A DNA stretch of 59,530 nucleotides, filler included, from Diploschistes diacapsis (GCA_023645945.1; 6 parts of 6 records of this genome joined end to end with filler, not necessarily neighbours in it); one strand, 5' to 3'. Numbered from the whole stretch's first letter, positions 1-13,418 are shown. The notes: a model not told the origin generated them from the sequence alone. Made by a program: numbers and translations.

Positions 1-457
1 CCACCATCCCCATCCCCATCCCCTCCTTCCTCTACTAGCTATCTTGCCTTTTGCTTTTGCTTTTACTTTCGCTTTGCAGAGACTTCCCAGGCAGAAGTTG
101 ATAACATCGGCAAGTCATGTTGACCAGCTGAATTGCCTGACCGACAGACAACTTTACGGCCCCCAGTTTTGTCATCCTTCACTTTGATGGCTGTACTCCA
201 TATGCCGTGTGTCTCGATATACTACAACTACTACAACCACAACCCCCCTTGGGCGGGTGATTGGGCATCGTCGTCAGGGTCGTCAGGCGTCGATCGGATC
301 CTGTTGACCTTTCCATTCCTACTCCTACTTTTCCTCTGAATTCTCTCCCAAAGAAAACCTGTGAAGTGGACCACAGATCACCTCAGATCGGCCAGCTGTT
401 CGTCCCAAGGACCGATTCCGCACTTCCGTGGTAACATTCCGATGCACTTGGTGACGC

Positions 458-507
458 CCACACACACACGACACACACACGACACACACGACACACACGA
501 CACACAC
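458..507. repeat. (CACACACGA)n minisatellite
   Basis: Directly visible tandem cacacacga units upstream of the velvet gene. Confidence 0.85.
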
Positions 508-1317
508 CACCAAGCTTCAACCCAAAGTGCATCATCCTAATTACACCCCCCTTCTGCCTCCCAAGTGTCTCCCAAGTGCTCACTTACTGCATTTGCTGCG
601 CCAATCACCGCCGCAGCAATACTGTTACCCATCTCCCCGCCTTGCCTAGCTGTCAGACGTGCTCTCGGCCAGGATGCACCGCAGCGAACTTTTTTAGTTG
701 CCGGACACACCTCATTATGCTTCTGCTGCGTGTTGCAGATCCTGGACCAGGTTGCGCGAGCTTGGTCCACGCACACTGCTTCCGCCTAGTAGTAGCCTAA
801 CCTGGCTGTGAAGTGAAAGGAAAAGGTGGGCGGTGGTAAACCACGGGGAGGGTGCTTGCTGAGCGTCAAGCTCTTGTATTGTCTCAACCATCTTACGCTG
901 ATACTCTACTCAATTACCTGGGCCTATTCTCGCCCTGCGAAAGGGGTGCGAGGAAGCTTACCGGCTTCCGAGCGCATCAACCTATGCTGTGCTTCTGGGT
1001 TCCTTTTTGCGAAGAGGGACCAACCGTTCTGAATGCACTGGCAAGGCTCAGAGTCTAAACCTGCACAAATCCCGGAAATCCTCTGAGACATTTTCCTTTC
1101 TCGGTATTGAACGTCTCTTTACCCGGTTTGTCGAGTCATCCTCTAGGCCCTGCCTTCGTGTACAGTTTCGACTAGTCTACCCGTTGATTTTAATCCGTGA
1201 TCTTCCTTACCATACCATACCCTGTTGTCGGACTATCTTTGTCACAGAAAACCCAATGCACCTGCTAACCGGTGATTGTTCCTGCTGCAACTCCTGTTGG
1301 TGTCTGTCTCGCTACCC

Positions 1318-2723
1318 ATGTCCAGGAGACGGGACAAAGACCCACAGAAGTCGTCGCCGACGAGCACATCTAGTGAAGAACCTGGTCAAATAACAGCAGC
1401 GTATTTGCCGCCCCCGCCTACCTTTGGACAGCCTACCCAGTTTCAACAGAGCCTGGTTCCGAACACAGCCCAGCCACACTGGAGAGAACCCTCGCAACAT
1501 CCGCAGCATTATGGTCCAGGAGAGTCATCTGCCGTATCGGTCGCTGCAAATAGGCCAACTTTGGCCTCGGTAAGAAGGCCGTTGGGTGCAGCTCCTTTGG
1601 CAGATATACTTCTCCAGCAGCCTGGGACACCAACGCCATCGGGTTCGGCACCTAGACCAGACTTTACCCAGCCATCGCCGACTTCCCCACAAAGTTTCGA
1701 CCTGACTCCGTTGCGCCTTCACGGAGAAGCAACCAGCCCGGAACGCAAAAGAAAAGAGTACTACGATCCTGCTCGAGGCGCGTCGGAGGACTCGAGCGCA
1801 TTCGCCACACCTTCCTCACAGCGGCGGTCAGAGTATTCTTCCCAAGCAGGTCCGAGCCGCGTCACCCAGGCTATCTCTCAAACTGGAGGTTCTTCGTCGT
1901 CAGCTCAAAACTCTCCCGATGCTGCTCGCTTCTCTTCCGTCGAGTGAGTACCTTTGGCGAAAAGATATCGGGGACGGGTTACTGACCTTTGTGTAGCCGC
2001 GACAGGCTCAGCCTTACCATATTGCAGCAACCTCGCGCGGCCCGAGCCTGCGGTTACGGCGAGCGAGACCGGAGAGTCGTCGACCCTCCGCCAATCCTGC
2101 AACTAAAACTCCGGGGCTATGATCCAGGTTCTCCGAGGGATAGGGGCATTTTGCTTTCCCCATTCAACGTAGTCAACTGCCTTCTCTTGTCTGCACCGAG
2201 CAGAGACGCTCCTGTATCAGCTTGTCAGGAAGTCACTACGATCCATGATCCCAACGACGCCGGCAAGGAATTGCGACGATTAATGGGCTCGCTGTCGATC
2301 AGTCCGTTCATCGGCGAGGATGTGTATGCGTCCCCGTATTTGCGGAAAGAGTCCAGAATCGGCACGTACTACATCTTCTCGGACATATCGTGCCGTCAGA
2401 ATGGCCTGTATCGGCTACGGTTCTATCTCATGCCTCTAAACATGAGCACCACCGAGACAGGTGGCCGCGCAGAGACCGTCATTACCGTTACGAGTGACGT
2501 ATTTGAGGTCTTCAGCGCAAAGGACTTTCCTGGAATGAGCGCGAGTTCGGAACTAACGAAAGAGCTGAAGCGCCAGGGGGCGTCGGTGCCGGTAAAGAAG
2601 GGGAATGAGAGCAAGGGTGGCAAGAAGACCAAGAAGCGTGGAAGCGACAGCGATGGTAGTACAAGCGAGGGCAGTGATGATGCTGGAATGTCGAAAGCCG
2701 CCGGAAAGAAACCAAGATCGTGA
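1318..2723 (+). CDS. velC: Velvet-domain regulator, VelC-like (low-complexity N-terminus, C-terminal velvet domain); exons 1318-1943 and 1997-2723
   Basis: Velvet motifs QQPRAARACGYGERDRRVVDPPPILQL, LMGSL..SPF, FSDISCRQNGLYRLRF and SDVFEVFSAKDFPGM. GT..CTGAC..AG intron 1944-1996 joins the two ORFs in frame. Basic NLS-like tail. VelC subtype is inferred from domain position. Confidence 0.85.
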
Positions 2724-3734
2724 CATGTCATCACTCGCGGGGCATAGGATATCATTCTCAGTTTGAGAGGACAGATCCGACTTACTTGATTTTTCGCCCT
2801 TCTGCTGGCATAATTTTTCCTCGGCTCTCCGATAGGACAGGTTCCTCCAATCTGCTTCTTCGGTTGTCTACACAAACGAGGCTCGTGTCTCCTCGGAGAT
2901 CACTATTGATGGTATCGTAATATTTCGGAATCGAGCATAGCGATGGATTGATGGGTCGGGTAACGGGGTATTCTGTAGCGACGGAACTTGCAAGGTACTT
3001 TTGATGCATATGGGAGAATGTCAACGGCGTAGAAATGAAGGCTAGGGCAGGATTGCATGGATCAGTGTGTTGGCTCCATGGAAGCTTGGGTAATTTGATA
3101 TCGTCAGTTTTCGGGTTATTCATCTACAATTTCGGCACTCTTTGGGACTTCTATTGAAGACTTACTTACGAAGAACACCGCTGCACGAATCGGCGCTGTT
3201 CCTGAATGCATCGAAACGAAGGGCAATCGTGAAAATACCCGAGACAGTTGTGTACAAGCTCGTGTTCTGTGTACTTTACCGGCTTGCATCTCCAGTCTCG
3301 ACTGATAATATAGCTCATGCTTGCCGTTGGGTTGAGCAGTTGCACCGAGCCAGTATCTGGCATGACAGTATATTTCGTAGAAAGCCCAAGTGTCCGTCTC
3401 AGCTGCCGAATGGTCAATTCGAGATGTTGGATTTTGACAGCACATAATGAACCCTGCAGAATGACGGTACAACATGGCGGCCACGCTACGAACCGCAGGC
3501 CAAAATCAAAGAAAAAAAATTTCATCAACGCATATCCACTTCAACCCTTTTGCAGCCAATATCCTTGCGGAGCACAACTGAGATCACCTTATACCTGCCC
3601 TTCTTTACTGCGCTTCCGTGACTGAGCTTCGAGTCTTATACTGGCTGGCCGAATTACGAAGCACAATTGTCTTGCAGCCTGGGAGAGTTTGGGCATCACT
3701 ATTCGCATAGCACTTGCATAGAATTTCGGCACAA

Positions 3735-4773
3735 ATGGCGCCAATGGTTCCACGATTCCATCTCTTTGAGCTTAATGACCAATCCTGGTAAGTGGTATTT
3801 GTCTCAGTGCTTGAAGCAGTTTGAATCGTTGTGGCTCTGTTGACGCTTCTTCTCCCAAATTGATAGGGTACCAGCATTCATCCGCGCACGCGTTCAAGCA
3901 TGCCTTACCCTGCTATGGACGCTGCACGTTCCGATTCTGCAGCCGTCATCTCCAGCTAGGCTGGTTGCGAAGATTTTGCATACCGTTCTGGGTCCTCGCA
4001 TCTCAGAGTATACCTATGTAGACTTCTGTGCCGGCGCTGGAGGGCCCACTCCCTTCTTTGAGGCCGACCTCAATGCGCGTCTCGCGTCTCGGTCCGTATC
4101 GAGCGGAGCCGGAGATAGTCTGGCCAAGAACGATTTCCAAACGGCGCCGGCAGAGCAGCCTGCACTGGTTGACTTCGTCTTGACCGACATTGCACCGCAC
4201 ATATCGGCTTGGCGTGTGGCGGCGCGGAACTCACCGCATATGCACTACATTCCTCGGTCTATAGATGCAGCCAATGCTCCGACAGACATGCTAGACTCTC
4301 TGGATCTGCAAAGGAGACGGTCAGGACACAAAGTGTTCAGACTGTTCAGCCTAGCATTTCATCACTTTCCAGATCCGCTCGCCAAATCAATTCTTGCAAA
4401 CACGCTTGAGACATCCTCTGGCTTCGCTATCCTTGAGCTACAGGCGCGCACGATTCCTTCATTTGTTATGATTACTCTGATCGGCCCTCTCATGCTTCTT
4501 GTGACGCCTTTCTACTTTTGGAGGGATCCTATTCATCTTATCTTTACATACCTCATCCCCATTATCCCGTGTGTCCTCGTTTTTGATGGCTATATTTCGA
4601 GCCTGCGCACGCGCACTGGCAAGGAAGTGAAGCAAATGGCTGATAGCTTGGGCGAAGGCGCATCGAAAAACTGGGAAATTCGCTGGGGCAGCGCATACCA
4701 CACATGGCCAATCGGCGAGATGAGCTGGGTCATCGGGATCAAAAACGATTCCAATTCGCTGCCTTTGCCGTAG
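3735..4773 (+). CDS. Conserved fungal SAM-dependent methyltransferase-like protein; exons 3735-3787 and 3867-4773
   Basis: MAPMVPRFHLFELNDQSW spliced via a GTAAGT..AG intron to VPAFIRARVQACLTLLW. Contains glycine-rich DFCAGAGGPTP, FSLAFHHF and FDGYISSLRTRT. Confidence 0.75.
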
Positions 4774-6089
4774 CCAGCTTCGACCGAGAGAGTCTCAAGT
4801 AGCTGGAATGTTTTAGCTGCGGGATTGCTTCTACGACAGACTGTTTGCGGCAAGATGTTCGGAGTCCTTCAAATGGTCGGCGAATGCAGCGTGGACCCTC
4901 AACACGTTCCTATCTAGCCCCGGCTAATGTTTCTATCGATTTCGGAACATCCAACCGTTGCGTATGCGGAAAGCTATATAACCCAATCTGATGGAGTTAC
5001 TTTTGGGATGGCGTCGCCGTCTTTGTCCCGCACGAGCAGTTTTGTATATATTTCTTCCATTTTCTCCGATCCCGCCGACTATGTGATCGTCACATGTAAC
5101 GCAGACCGGCTACGTGACAGGCGTGCTGGAGCTTAAGCTTCTAGCCAAATGTCACAGCAATTGGAAGAATGCTGCTTCTTCATCCGGCAGCCTGCTATGC
5201 GACGTGCAGTACCGGCTTGGCGTTGCGACCTGCATGGACGTCTACCAGGCTGTTTATATGATTAGCATGAACAAAAGAAAACCAGCGATAAGTGATGATA
5301 CGTGTCACAATATCATGGAAGAACCCCCAGTATTTTTTTGAATTGCCAAGGGATCCATGTCATTGAAATACTTTCCTGCAAGAATCACACTTAACCTCGC
5401 TCTCTCCAGCTGCTGTTGCACAATCAGTACTTCCATTACCGTAAGCCAACCGGACCTCATAGCCTGGGTCTAACAGAAGGAACATCTGGGCCGCACCGGA
5501 CAGCAGATCCTTTACCAAAACGTCGGCTCCTTCCTCTCTGCCTATAATCCGCGTCGCATGCTTTTGGCTATGCCAAGCGGCATTATATTTCCTGCAAGAA
5601 CATCGAGACGTACATGGGGAGCTTTCCTGGCATTGATGGGGGTGTGTTCTGCAATGAGTGGTATCGGAGTGGCCTGCCGACTCCTGGGAAGTTTGAGGTT
5701 GCGGGGGAGGAGCCATCGGAAGGAGCGAGGGAGAAAGGGGAGGCAAGAAGAAGTGGGTGGGCAGTGGCGGTCACTGTGGAACTAGGCATTGGGAACGAGG
5801 TTTGCTTTGCCATGTTCCTACCAATCAATAAAAAATAATAGATCATCCGCTTTCGATGGAATGAACAGAACAGCGTTGATCTCCCACGTCGCGCGCGAAG
5901 AAAGCTTCTCTGTTGAGCGCGTCCTCGACCGCCCCGCTACTTGTTCCCACGCATAATCCCGAGAGCAGGTCGACCGCACACAAACATCGTGCTGGATGCC
6001 AGTGGGAAAGCTCCTGAACGTTTGGGGCGGTAAACAAAAAAGCCAGAGGTCGAGGAACCTCGCGCCGGTTCTGCACGAGGCTCCACGAC

Positions 6090-6189
6090 NNNNNNNNNNN
6101 NNNNNNNNNNNNNNNNNNNNNNNNNNNNNNNNNTTAATTAATTAANNNNNNNNNNNNNNNNNNNNNNNNNNNNNNNNNNNNNNNNNNNN
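6090..6189. other. Artificial contig linker (N44-TTAATTAATTAA-N44)
   Basis: The same 100-bp all-frame stop linker occurs at 12272-12371, 18451-18550, 47193-47292 and 53363-53462. Confidence 0.97.
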
Positions 6190-6853
6190 ACCCTGTGCAC
6201 CACAAGCGAACAAAACATATTGATATTCAATATCATTTTGTTCGGATAGTTAATGAAAACAAAGATATATATTTAAAATATATATCCACCAATCAGCAGC
6301 TAGCGGATAGCCTTACTAAGGCAGTGCCTAATCAAAAATGGCAGGAGTTTATATCCGCAATAGGACTAGTGCGAGTTCATTAGCCCTATCAGTCCTATCC
6401 ACTGACTAACTCATTTAGCTTATGGGGGTGTGTCGGAATACTAACCTAAATAGGTTAGTCAGATTGCTTACTAAGCTTCTAGCATGTTTGAATATGCTGG
6501 AAGGTTCTAGAATATTCTAGAACATAATAAAACATCATCGAAGATTATCGAATATCATCGAATATTCTAGAATATTCTAGAATATTCGGCTTACTAATAC
6601 ATGGAATGGTTTAGGAGGATAAGGAACATTCCAGATTAAACTATTACTAATCATACTAGCGTGAAATGTGCCTATAAAAGGCCTCTCACCCTCCATCGTT
6701 CTTAGTTATAACCTTCAACCTCTTCAATATATCTTTACTGAACAATAGTCAGCTACTAGGTTAGGCAGGCTAGGAATATTTCTTGGTTAGGACTAGCTGC
6801 TGAATTCATCTTAGTCATCTGTTATCTATTAGGAACTTCCACCACTTTCAACA
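6190..6853 (+). mobile_element. 3' end of a Ty1/Copia retrotransposon: RNase H end, polypurine tract and 3' LTR (6431-6853)
   Basis: HHKRTKHIDIQYHFVR...YISTNQQLADSLTKAV is the Copia RNase H terminus. ATGGGGGTG directly precedes TGTCGGAA...TTCAACA. Much of the LTR recurs inverted at 12968-13240. Confidence 0.9.
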
Positions 6854-7405
6854 TTCACCGTACGAGTATGTTTTACTCAGAACTGGCGTTGTATAACCAA
6901 TCAGTTCTTAGGAAACGCCGTGTCGGGTAACATCCCTCAGATTCGAAGGCGGAGGGCGGGTGTGACTCACTTCTGGCGGCTCCGAGTTAGGCTGTTTCGA
7001 TCGAATTGTTCCAGAAATTCTCCCCTTTGGTACTCCCACGTGCATGCGCTCTTGAAGCGACCACACCCAATTTAAGAGCATAAGAATTAACTATAACGTC
7101 GACAACAATCTTGAAATGGGCCTCGAGTAGCCCAAATCGCATTTCCTCTTTATGTGTTTGATTGCCCTCAACCTGCATTCTTGCACAGCCAATAATGGTC
7201 CTGACCTTTTTAAGACAAAGCGCTCATCGACACAATCAATAGAAAAGTAAAAGTAGATAAATTCTCGCACTCTGTAAGTTTCATTCCTGCGCCGCGAGCT
7301 TACGTTGAAGTAAACATGCTCCCTACCACATCTCCCTAACTCATCCTGTCTATGCTAAATCAGACAAACGCTCCCTTATCTTCTCACCTCCAGGAGCTTC
7401 TACAT

Positions 7406-10366
7406 CTACAGCCACCTCCCAAAAGCTCTAACATACAGCATCTTCACCACCTGCACCTCCAGACAATACAGCACTAACTCTGCCGCTAGAAACCCAATGA
7501 AGCTTTTCCTCGGTCTTACCAACTGTAATGCATTGGCAAAGGGAGGTATGTACGGGATCGAAAATCCCAAAAGCATGATTGTCACCGTGCTCGCAGCTAG
7601 GACCCTTGCAGCGCGACTTTGGAAAACCGGGATCTTGTCCGTACGGAGAAGGTGGACAATGAGCGTTTGAGTTAGTAGACCCTCGAGAAACCAGTGCGTG
7701 TGGAAGGTCTTGACGCCTTCAATATCATCTGCAGAACGGATGCCGTAGTAGAACCAGTTCAGGCTGAACGTGCACATATCGATTGTGCTACTTGTTGGCC
7801 CAAGTAGAAGGATAAACCTGAGAAGGTCCCAGACATTCCATCGTTGGGGCAAAGCGAGGTACTCGGGGTCCATACGGTCCCAGGGAATGGCGATTTGAGA
7901 TATATCGTATAAGAGGTTCTGGATAAGAATCTGGAGGCTGGTCATTGGATCGAAGGGAAGCCAGGAGCTGGCAATCAGGATACTGAAGACATTACCAAAG
8001 TTGGAGGAGGCGACCATTTTGATGTATTTGATCCTGGACAAGATTAAATCTGGACGACAGTGGATGGGGATTGGAATATTCACGTGTTGCCATGAGTAAG
8101 ACGCCCCGTAACGACGCAATCGACGATGATCGAAAGCTCTTTCTCTGTGAGAATAACATCTGCGCAATCCTTTGCAACATTTGCTCCATTGTCGACCGAA
8201 ATTCCAGCATCGGCAAAACGAAGAGCGACACAATCATTGACACCATCTCCAAGCATGCCAACAACCTCGCCCTGGCCCTTGAGACTCATAACGACTTGTC
8301 CCTTCTGACTTGGGGTAAGCTTGGCAAAGACCTTACAGTGCTTGACCACGCGGTTGAACTCATCAGTATCCTCCAACTCGGCGAGATCTGGACCTGTAAT
8401 TGCCTGTATATTTTCCTCATCAGCAACCTTGACAAGGTCAAGACTTCGGCAGACCTTCATTGCCACGGCAAGATTGTCGCCCGTGAGGACTCTGACATCA
8501 ACGCCGAGTTCTTGCAGGCGAGCGATGGAGGCTTTAGCGTCATCCTTGGGTGGATCAAGGAAGGTCAGAAAGCCTTCTGCAACCATGTTAGAGTCAAGGC
8601 CTTCGAGGCTGTCGTCGTCTTCCATCTCGTGATCCAAGACTTTTCTTGTCGCAACCAATATTACACGGTAACCATCTGCGTTAAATGCGCCAACTGTCTT
8701 GGAAAGGTGCTGACGATGTTCGTCCCTGAGACTCACAGCCTCTGTCCCCACGCGAATACGCGTGCAGAGGGAAAATACTTCTTCGAACGCCCCTTTGCAA
8801 ATGAGCATGAGCATCCTCGTGGGAGTTCTGATGATGCAACTTGACCGGCGGCTCTCGAAATTGAAAGGAATCACGCCGACCTTCCGACCCATGTTGACCT
8901 TTTCATTGACACGTGCGTGCTTGAGAATCGAGGCATCGATGCTATTTTTTTTGCCACTCTGGTGGAAGGCGTTGATGTAGGCTAATTGGAAAATCTTGTG
9001 CTTCTCGTGTCCCGAAGGGTCCATATGGTGACATAGAGTAACCTCATCCTTGGTTAAGGTTCCAGTCTGTTGGTAGTTAGCGAGCTGCAGCCTGTAGAGG
9101 TTAAGACCTACACTGACCTTGTCACTGCACAGTACAGACATACCGCCCAGGTTTTGTATCGAGTCTAGGCGTTTTACAATTGCCTTCTTCTTAGCCAGTG
9201 CGAAGGCTCCTCGAGCCAGATTCGCGTTTACTATTGCAGGAAGCATCTCAGGGACCAATCCCACGGCGACGCTCACTGAGAATAATGCAGCTTGTGGCCA
9301 GTTGCCAGTGATCTTGCCACTGACGACCAAGACCTATGCAAGTTAGCAAATAATGAAGAGCAAGGAACCTGGAAGGAGACTCACAATTGGAACCATGACC
9401 AACATGAACACAATCATCATATAGCTGACGTTTCGAATACCACGCTGGAAGGAGTTTAATGGTCGCTTCTTGTTTAGCTGCTCGATGATTGTAGCGATGA
9501 ATGCATCTATAAGGATTGTTAGGACGTCCTTGCGATATAACCAAGAGACAGGTGCTCACCATCTCCAGTTCTTAGGACGAGAGCAACACCACTTCCAGAG
9601 ATCACGCTAGTGCCCATGAGAAGAACATTCTCTAGTTCAAAGAGCGCACCGTCTGTCTTCTTGCCCTGCAAAGTAGAAGTCTTTCGTTGTGGCTCACTTT
9701 CCCCAGTCAGGCTACATACAGTCAGCGACATTAACGCGAATAGCAATGCCCTCTTGTATCAACGGACCTTGACTGGCTGATCGAAAGATTGTAGGTCTCG
9801 AGGACCATGCAGTCTGCTGGAAGTGCATCACCTGGGTCCACGAGCAGAATATCTCCAGGTACCAAAGTCTTCTCATCAACGACTAGATCTTCAGGAAGAT
9901 TCTCCTGTATTTGTCTTCGCACCCGAACGTTTGTCGACACACTCCCCTGGAGCTTGATAGCTGTTACAGTGCTGCGATATTCCTGCCAGAAGCGCACAAT
10001 ACACGAGATGACGATCATGACAATGAGCAGTGTAAATGTGCTCCATTGTGGTGGTGGGGTTGCTACTGAGATGATCGCAAGGAAGGCCAATAAAATATTG
10101 AAAGGATTGGGAAGAACCGACAAGGCCAGCTGCCACCAGGTTGGCGGTTTCTTGATAGACAGGATATTTGGACCTGTCACTTTTAGACGTGCAGCCGCCT
10201 CTTCTTGAGTCAAACCATCTTGGCTGGCCTGGAGGTGGTTCATTGCTATGCCAGGTGGCATAGATGCAAATGCCTGGAGGACTGCTTCAGAAGAGCCACC
10301 GTAGGCACCCGGAGCCTTGCGCCAGTTATTCGTGCCGAATACTAGACTGGTTAGCAGGGCCTCCAT
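7406..10366 (-). CDS. Mg2+-translocating P-type ATPase, MgtA/P3B-like (about 5 introns)
   Basis: LTGESEP, AVGLVPEMLP, CSDK|TGTLT (intron 9067-9117), KGAFEE, LDPPKDDA, TGDN and GDGVND. The MgtA-type C-terminus reads KYIKMVASSNFGNVFS..LPFDPM..QNLLYDISQIAIPWD. Confidence 0.9.
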
Positions 10367-11841
10367 GGTATTTTCAAGCTGTAATGCATACCTTGAATCA
10401 GCTCTACATTGGAGGCCATCTCATTGGATCTATGCAGGATTGATTTGGAGTATGCCCAGGTCTTGTACACTGCGGATGCCATAGTGAAAGCTCTAGAAAT
10501 TTTAATCTGTTGGATCGAATTCTCTATAGGGCTGGACTGGAGTTTGTCAAAGGAAGATTTTAATCATCGTTACACGGGTATGTTAGAACTTTTGTGGGCA
10601 GTACAGAGGTCACGGAGAACTTACCTATTCTCAACTGCGAAATATGCGAATCTATTGGCGTTCTTGTCCGAACGCAACGTATATAGCCTAATCACCCTTC
10701 TTTCTTTGAGTCGCTAGGCAATGTTCCTAACGTGGAGAATCTTCTTTACTTCTAGTCTCAGCTGATATGTGGCTTCTCATGGTTCAGTCAAGTTAAGGTG
10801 GTCGTGTTGGCTGCAGTAGCTCGCCAGCGGGTGCCTGGCAACCCGCTGATCGACCTCGAGACTGAGTAGCAGCCAGAATTGTGAGTTACGAGACAACGCT
10901 CGTAACGGATGATTTGAAGGTCGTGGTCTTGAAGGTTGCCCGAAAAATAGTTTGGGACTCGCACCGGTCAAAGCGATAAAGCAGATGCGAAGTGTAAAAG
11001 TAATTTAGAAAGGTTCGCAAAGGGTTTGCAGATACGATGAGCTCGCGGACTTGCAGGAGAGGGGATGGAGGGAAAAGGCTCTTGGTCGGCTGGAAATCGA
11101 GGGGAATTAAAACATATTATATGCGCCGGGCAGGCGCACTGCTCATCGCAACCCACAAACGAGGCGCAGCAGCTCGAGAAAATTACCTGGTTAGGGGTAC
11201 GCGACAGGTTCATGGCGTCTTTCGCTTCTTCTTCGGGCAACGTTCGTAGCTGCTTGCCGTTCGCTTTCACATTTAACACCTCTTCGTTAATAACATTCTG
11301 TCCTATTCCTCTTTAAGTAGTAGCTTCTCTCGCTATATCTATTCCTTGGGCATCTCCTATAGTTATTCTGTCTTCTACTCTACATCATACACTATCTACT
11401 ATAAAGTCCATAATTCTTCTTTCTCTTATCTTTTATCTTTATAAGAAGAACTATAAGTATCGGAAACTGTAAGCCCACGCAGGGTGGGCGAAGGGTAGGC
11501 GATGGAGAAGCACGGTAGGCACGCTTGAAGGTAGGTGTAGGTTGAAACAAGAACTTAATTCCTGCAGAGTCGTCCTCTGCGGGGTCAACTAGACATAGGC
11601 TACCTATAAGGCTTATGCAGAGTTATGCGTGTGCATAACTCGGAGGTCTGATTCCGGGTTCCGAAAACGGAGTCCTTACAGAAATCGATTAGAGTCTGAA
11701 AAGTGGAAAAGGAGGTCTCAAACTCCTTAAAGAGGCCGGTATGAGGAAGGTTAAACTTTGCTGGAGGAGAGCCGTGCCTATACCCTTCTTTCATGGGAAA
11801 GCTCCTTGGTGAATGTTTCTACCTACAATGTTATAATAGGA

Positions 11842-12145
11842 TGTTGTCTGGCGGCACATGATGTCGCCCTCCAAGTTCTTAACGTGTTTCACCACACAAC
11901 GGCCCACCCCACAAAGCGGCTCACAATCCCTGCACCTTCGTAAAATGTATTTCTTAACATTTTCACCTTTCGTACAAATAATTTTATGTGTGGTTGTGGG
12001 GCTCAAAAGCTCGCTTAAAACTATTCTAGCGCAATTACATTATAATATAGTGAGCCGCTTTATGGTGTGATCCGTTATGTGGTGAAACACGTTAAGCGAA
12101 GTAGTAAGTATTAAGTAAAAAATCTAGGCTTAAAAAATTGGGTAG
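11842..12145 (+). repeat. Copy of a dispersed hairpin-ended repeat (about 100 bp), split by a nested MITE
   Basis: Matches copies at 18551-18645 and 19060-19157 (reverse) and 24605-24658 (forward). Confidence 0.8.
11882..12092. mobile_element. Fot1/pogo-like MITE with about 43-bp TIRs and TA target duplication
   Basis: Left acgtgtttcaccacacaacggcccaccccacaaagcggctcac versus right (reverse complement) acgtgtttcaccacataacggatcacaccataaagcggctcac. TA on both sides, and the empty site is visible in other copies of the host repeat. Confidence 0.88.
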
Positions 12146-12967
12146 AGTTACAATCCGAGGTTCCGACCTCGTCACGTCCCAGCCATTCTTTATATGTAAT
12201 ATTAATTATAATGATATGAGACACGTGATTACCAAACGATAATAAGTAGTTATTTAATAACTAACATCTAGNNNNNNNNNNNNNNNNNNNNNNNNNNNNN
12301 NNNNNNNNNNNNNNNTTAATTAATTAANNNNNNNNNNNNNNNNNNNNNNNNNNNNNNNNNNNNNNNNNNNNGAATTATAAACGGGAACGAACTTTTAAAA
12401 TAAAGCGATATTGATTATTATAACGATTATATTTTTTTATAGAATCTAAAAGCGTATTTAATTAAAAATAATATTAAAAGGGATTTAAAGAGACGGAAAT
12501 ATCTATTATAAAAGAATAACGAGTATTTTTTTAAATAAATTAGAAAAAGGGGTGAAGATCGAGGTAGAGATTGATTGAAAAAAGAGCACCAAGCATCTGG
12601 AAAGGGGGGTAGTGAGACAGCCCAGCTTAGGGGCCTGTCAAGCCACGGCAGGGTCAATGCCCAGGTGCTTGCCAAGACACGGCAGGGTCAGGGGGTGGTT
12701 GTGTAGATGGGTAGTCCCCGAACCCCGGTAGGCTGGCACCCATACTACTTAACGGTGCCCTCCTCCCACCTAGATAGTTTCTTCTGCAGCTTTTCGAATC
12801 GAGACCTTTTACCTGCAGATGCCCAAGCTACACCTAATCCTTCTGGATCAGGCCCAGCCCCCGGTAGAGTAGCATCCCTTCCTGCGCTGGCGTTTCAATT
12901 ATTCGTTTTTTCATCTCAAGTATTCCTTCCATATAATAATAAGCCGAAGTTTTTTTTTTTTTAAATA

Positions 12968-13240
12968 TGTTGAAAGTGGTGGAAGTTCCTAATAGATAAC
13001 TGATGACTAAGAGTGTATTCTGCAGCTAGTCCTAACTAGGAAATAATCCTAGCCTGCCTAGCCTGGTAGCTGAATATTATACAGTGAAGATATTGAAGAG
13101 GTTGAAGGTTATAACTAAGAACGATGGAGGGTGAGAGGCCTTTTATAGGCACATTTCACGCTAGTTTGATTAGTAATCATTATTCTAGAATGTTCCTTAT
13201 CCTTCCAAATTATTCCATACATTAGTAAGCCGAATATTCT
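12968..13240 (-). mobile_element. Truncated copy of the Copia LTR
   Basis: Reverse complement of about 6580-6853 (tgttgaaagtggtggaagttcctaatagataac...). Confidence 0.9.
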
Positions 13241-13241
13241 A

Positions 13242-13418
13242 TGTTGAGCAGACAGGCAGAAGGCATGGTTGGAAGTACAACTGAGTTCCAGAGGAAGGTT
13301 CATGTTACGATCCAAGTAACTAGGGCGTAGCCACTTGGCAACGTCACAGTGTTGGAAAGCACTACCCAACCTATCGTTATATATAGCTAGTCATGTGACT
13401 AATAGATGGTTGCCGACA
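13242..13418 (-). mobile_element. Probable solo LTR of a second family, abutting or nested in the first LTR
   Basis: Minus strand reads TGTCGGC...GCTCAACA, with termini like those of the Copia LTR. No target-site duplication was found. Confidence 0.5.

Noticed and set aside
5360..6089. Overlapping short ORFs at the end of contig 1
   Set aside because: No recognisable domain or consistent splice structure.
6134..6145. TTAATTAATTAA as a recurrent biological motif
   Set aside because: Always centred in N-runs; it is a synthetic all-frame stop linker.
8071..8844. 257-aa plus-strand ORF
   Set aside because: Antisense shadow of the P-type ATPase with no independent motifs.
10968..11794. Short ORFs in probable TE debris upstream of the ATPase
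   Set aside because: Stop-riddled, and no motif could be assigned with confidence.
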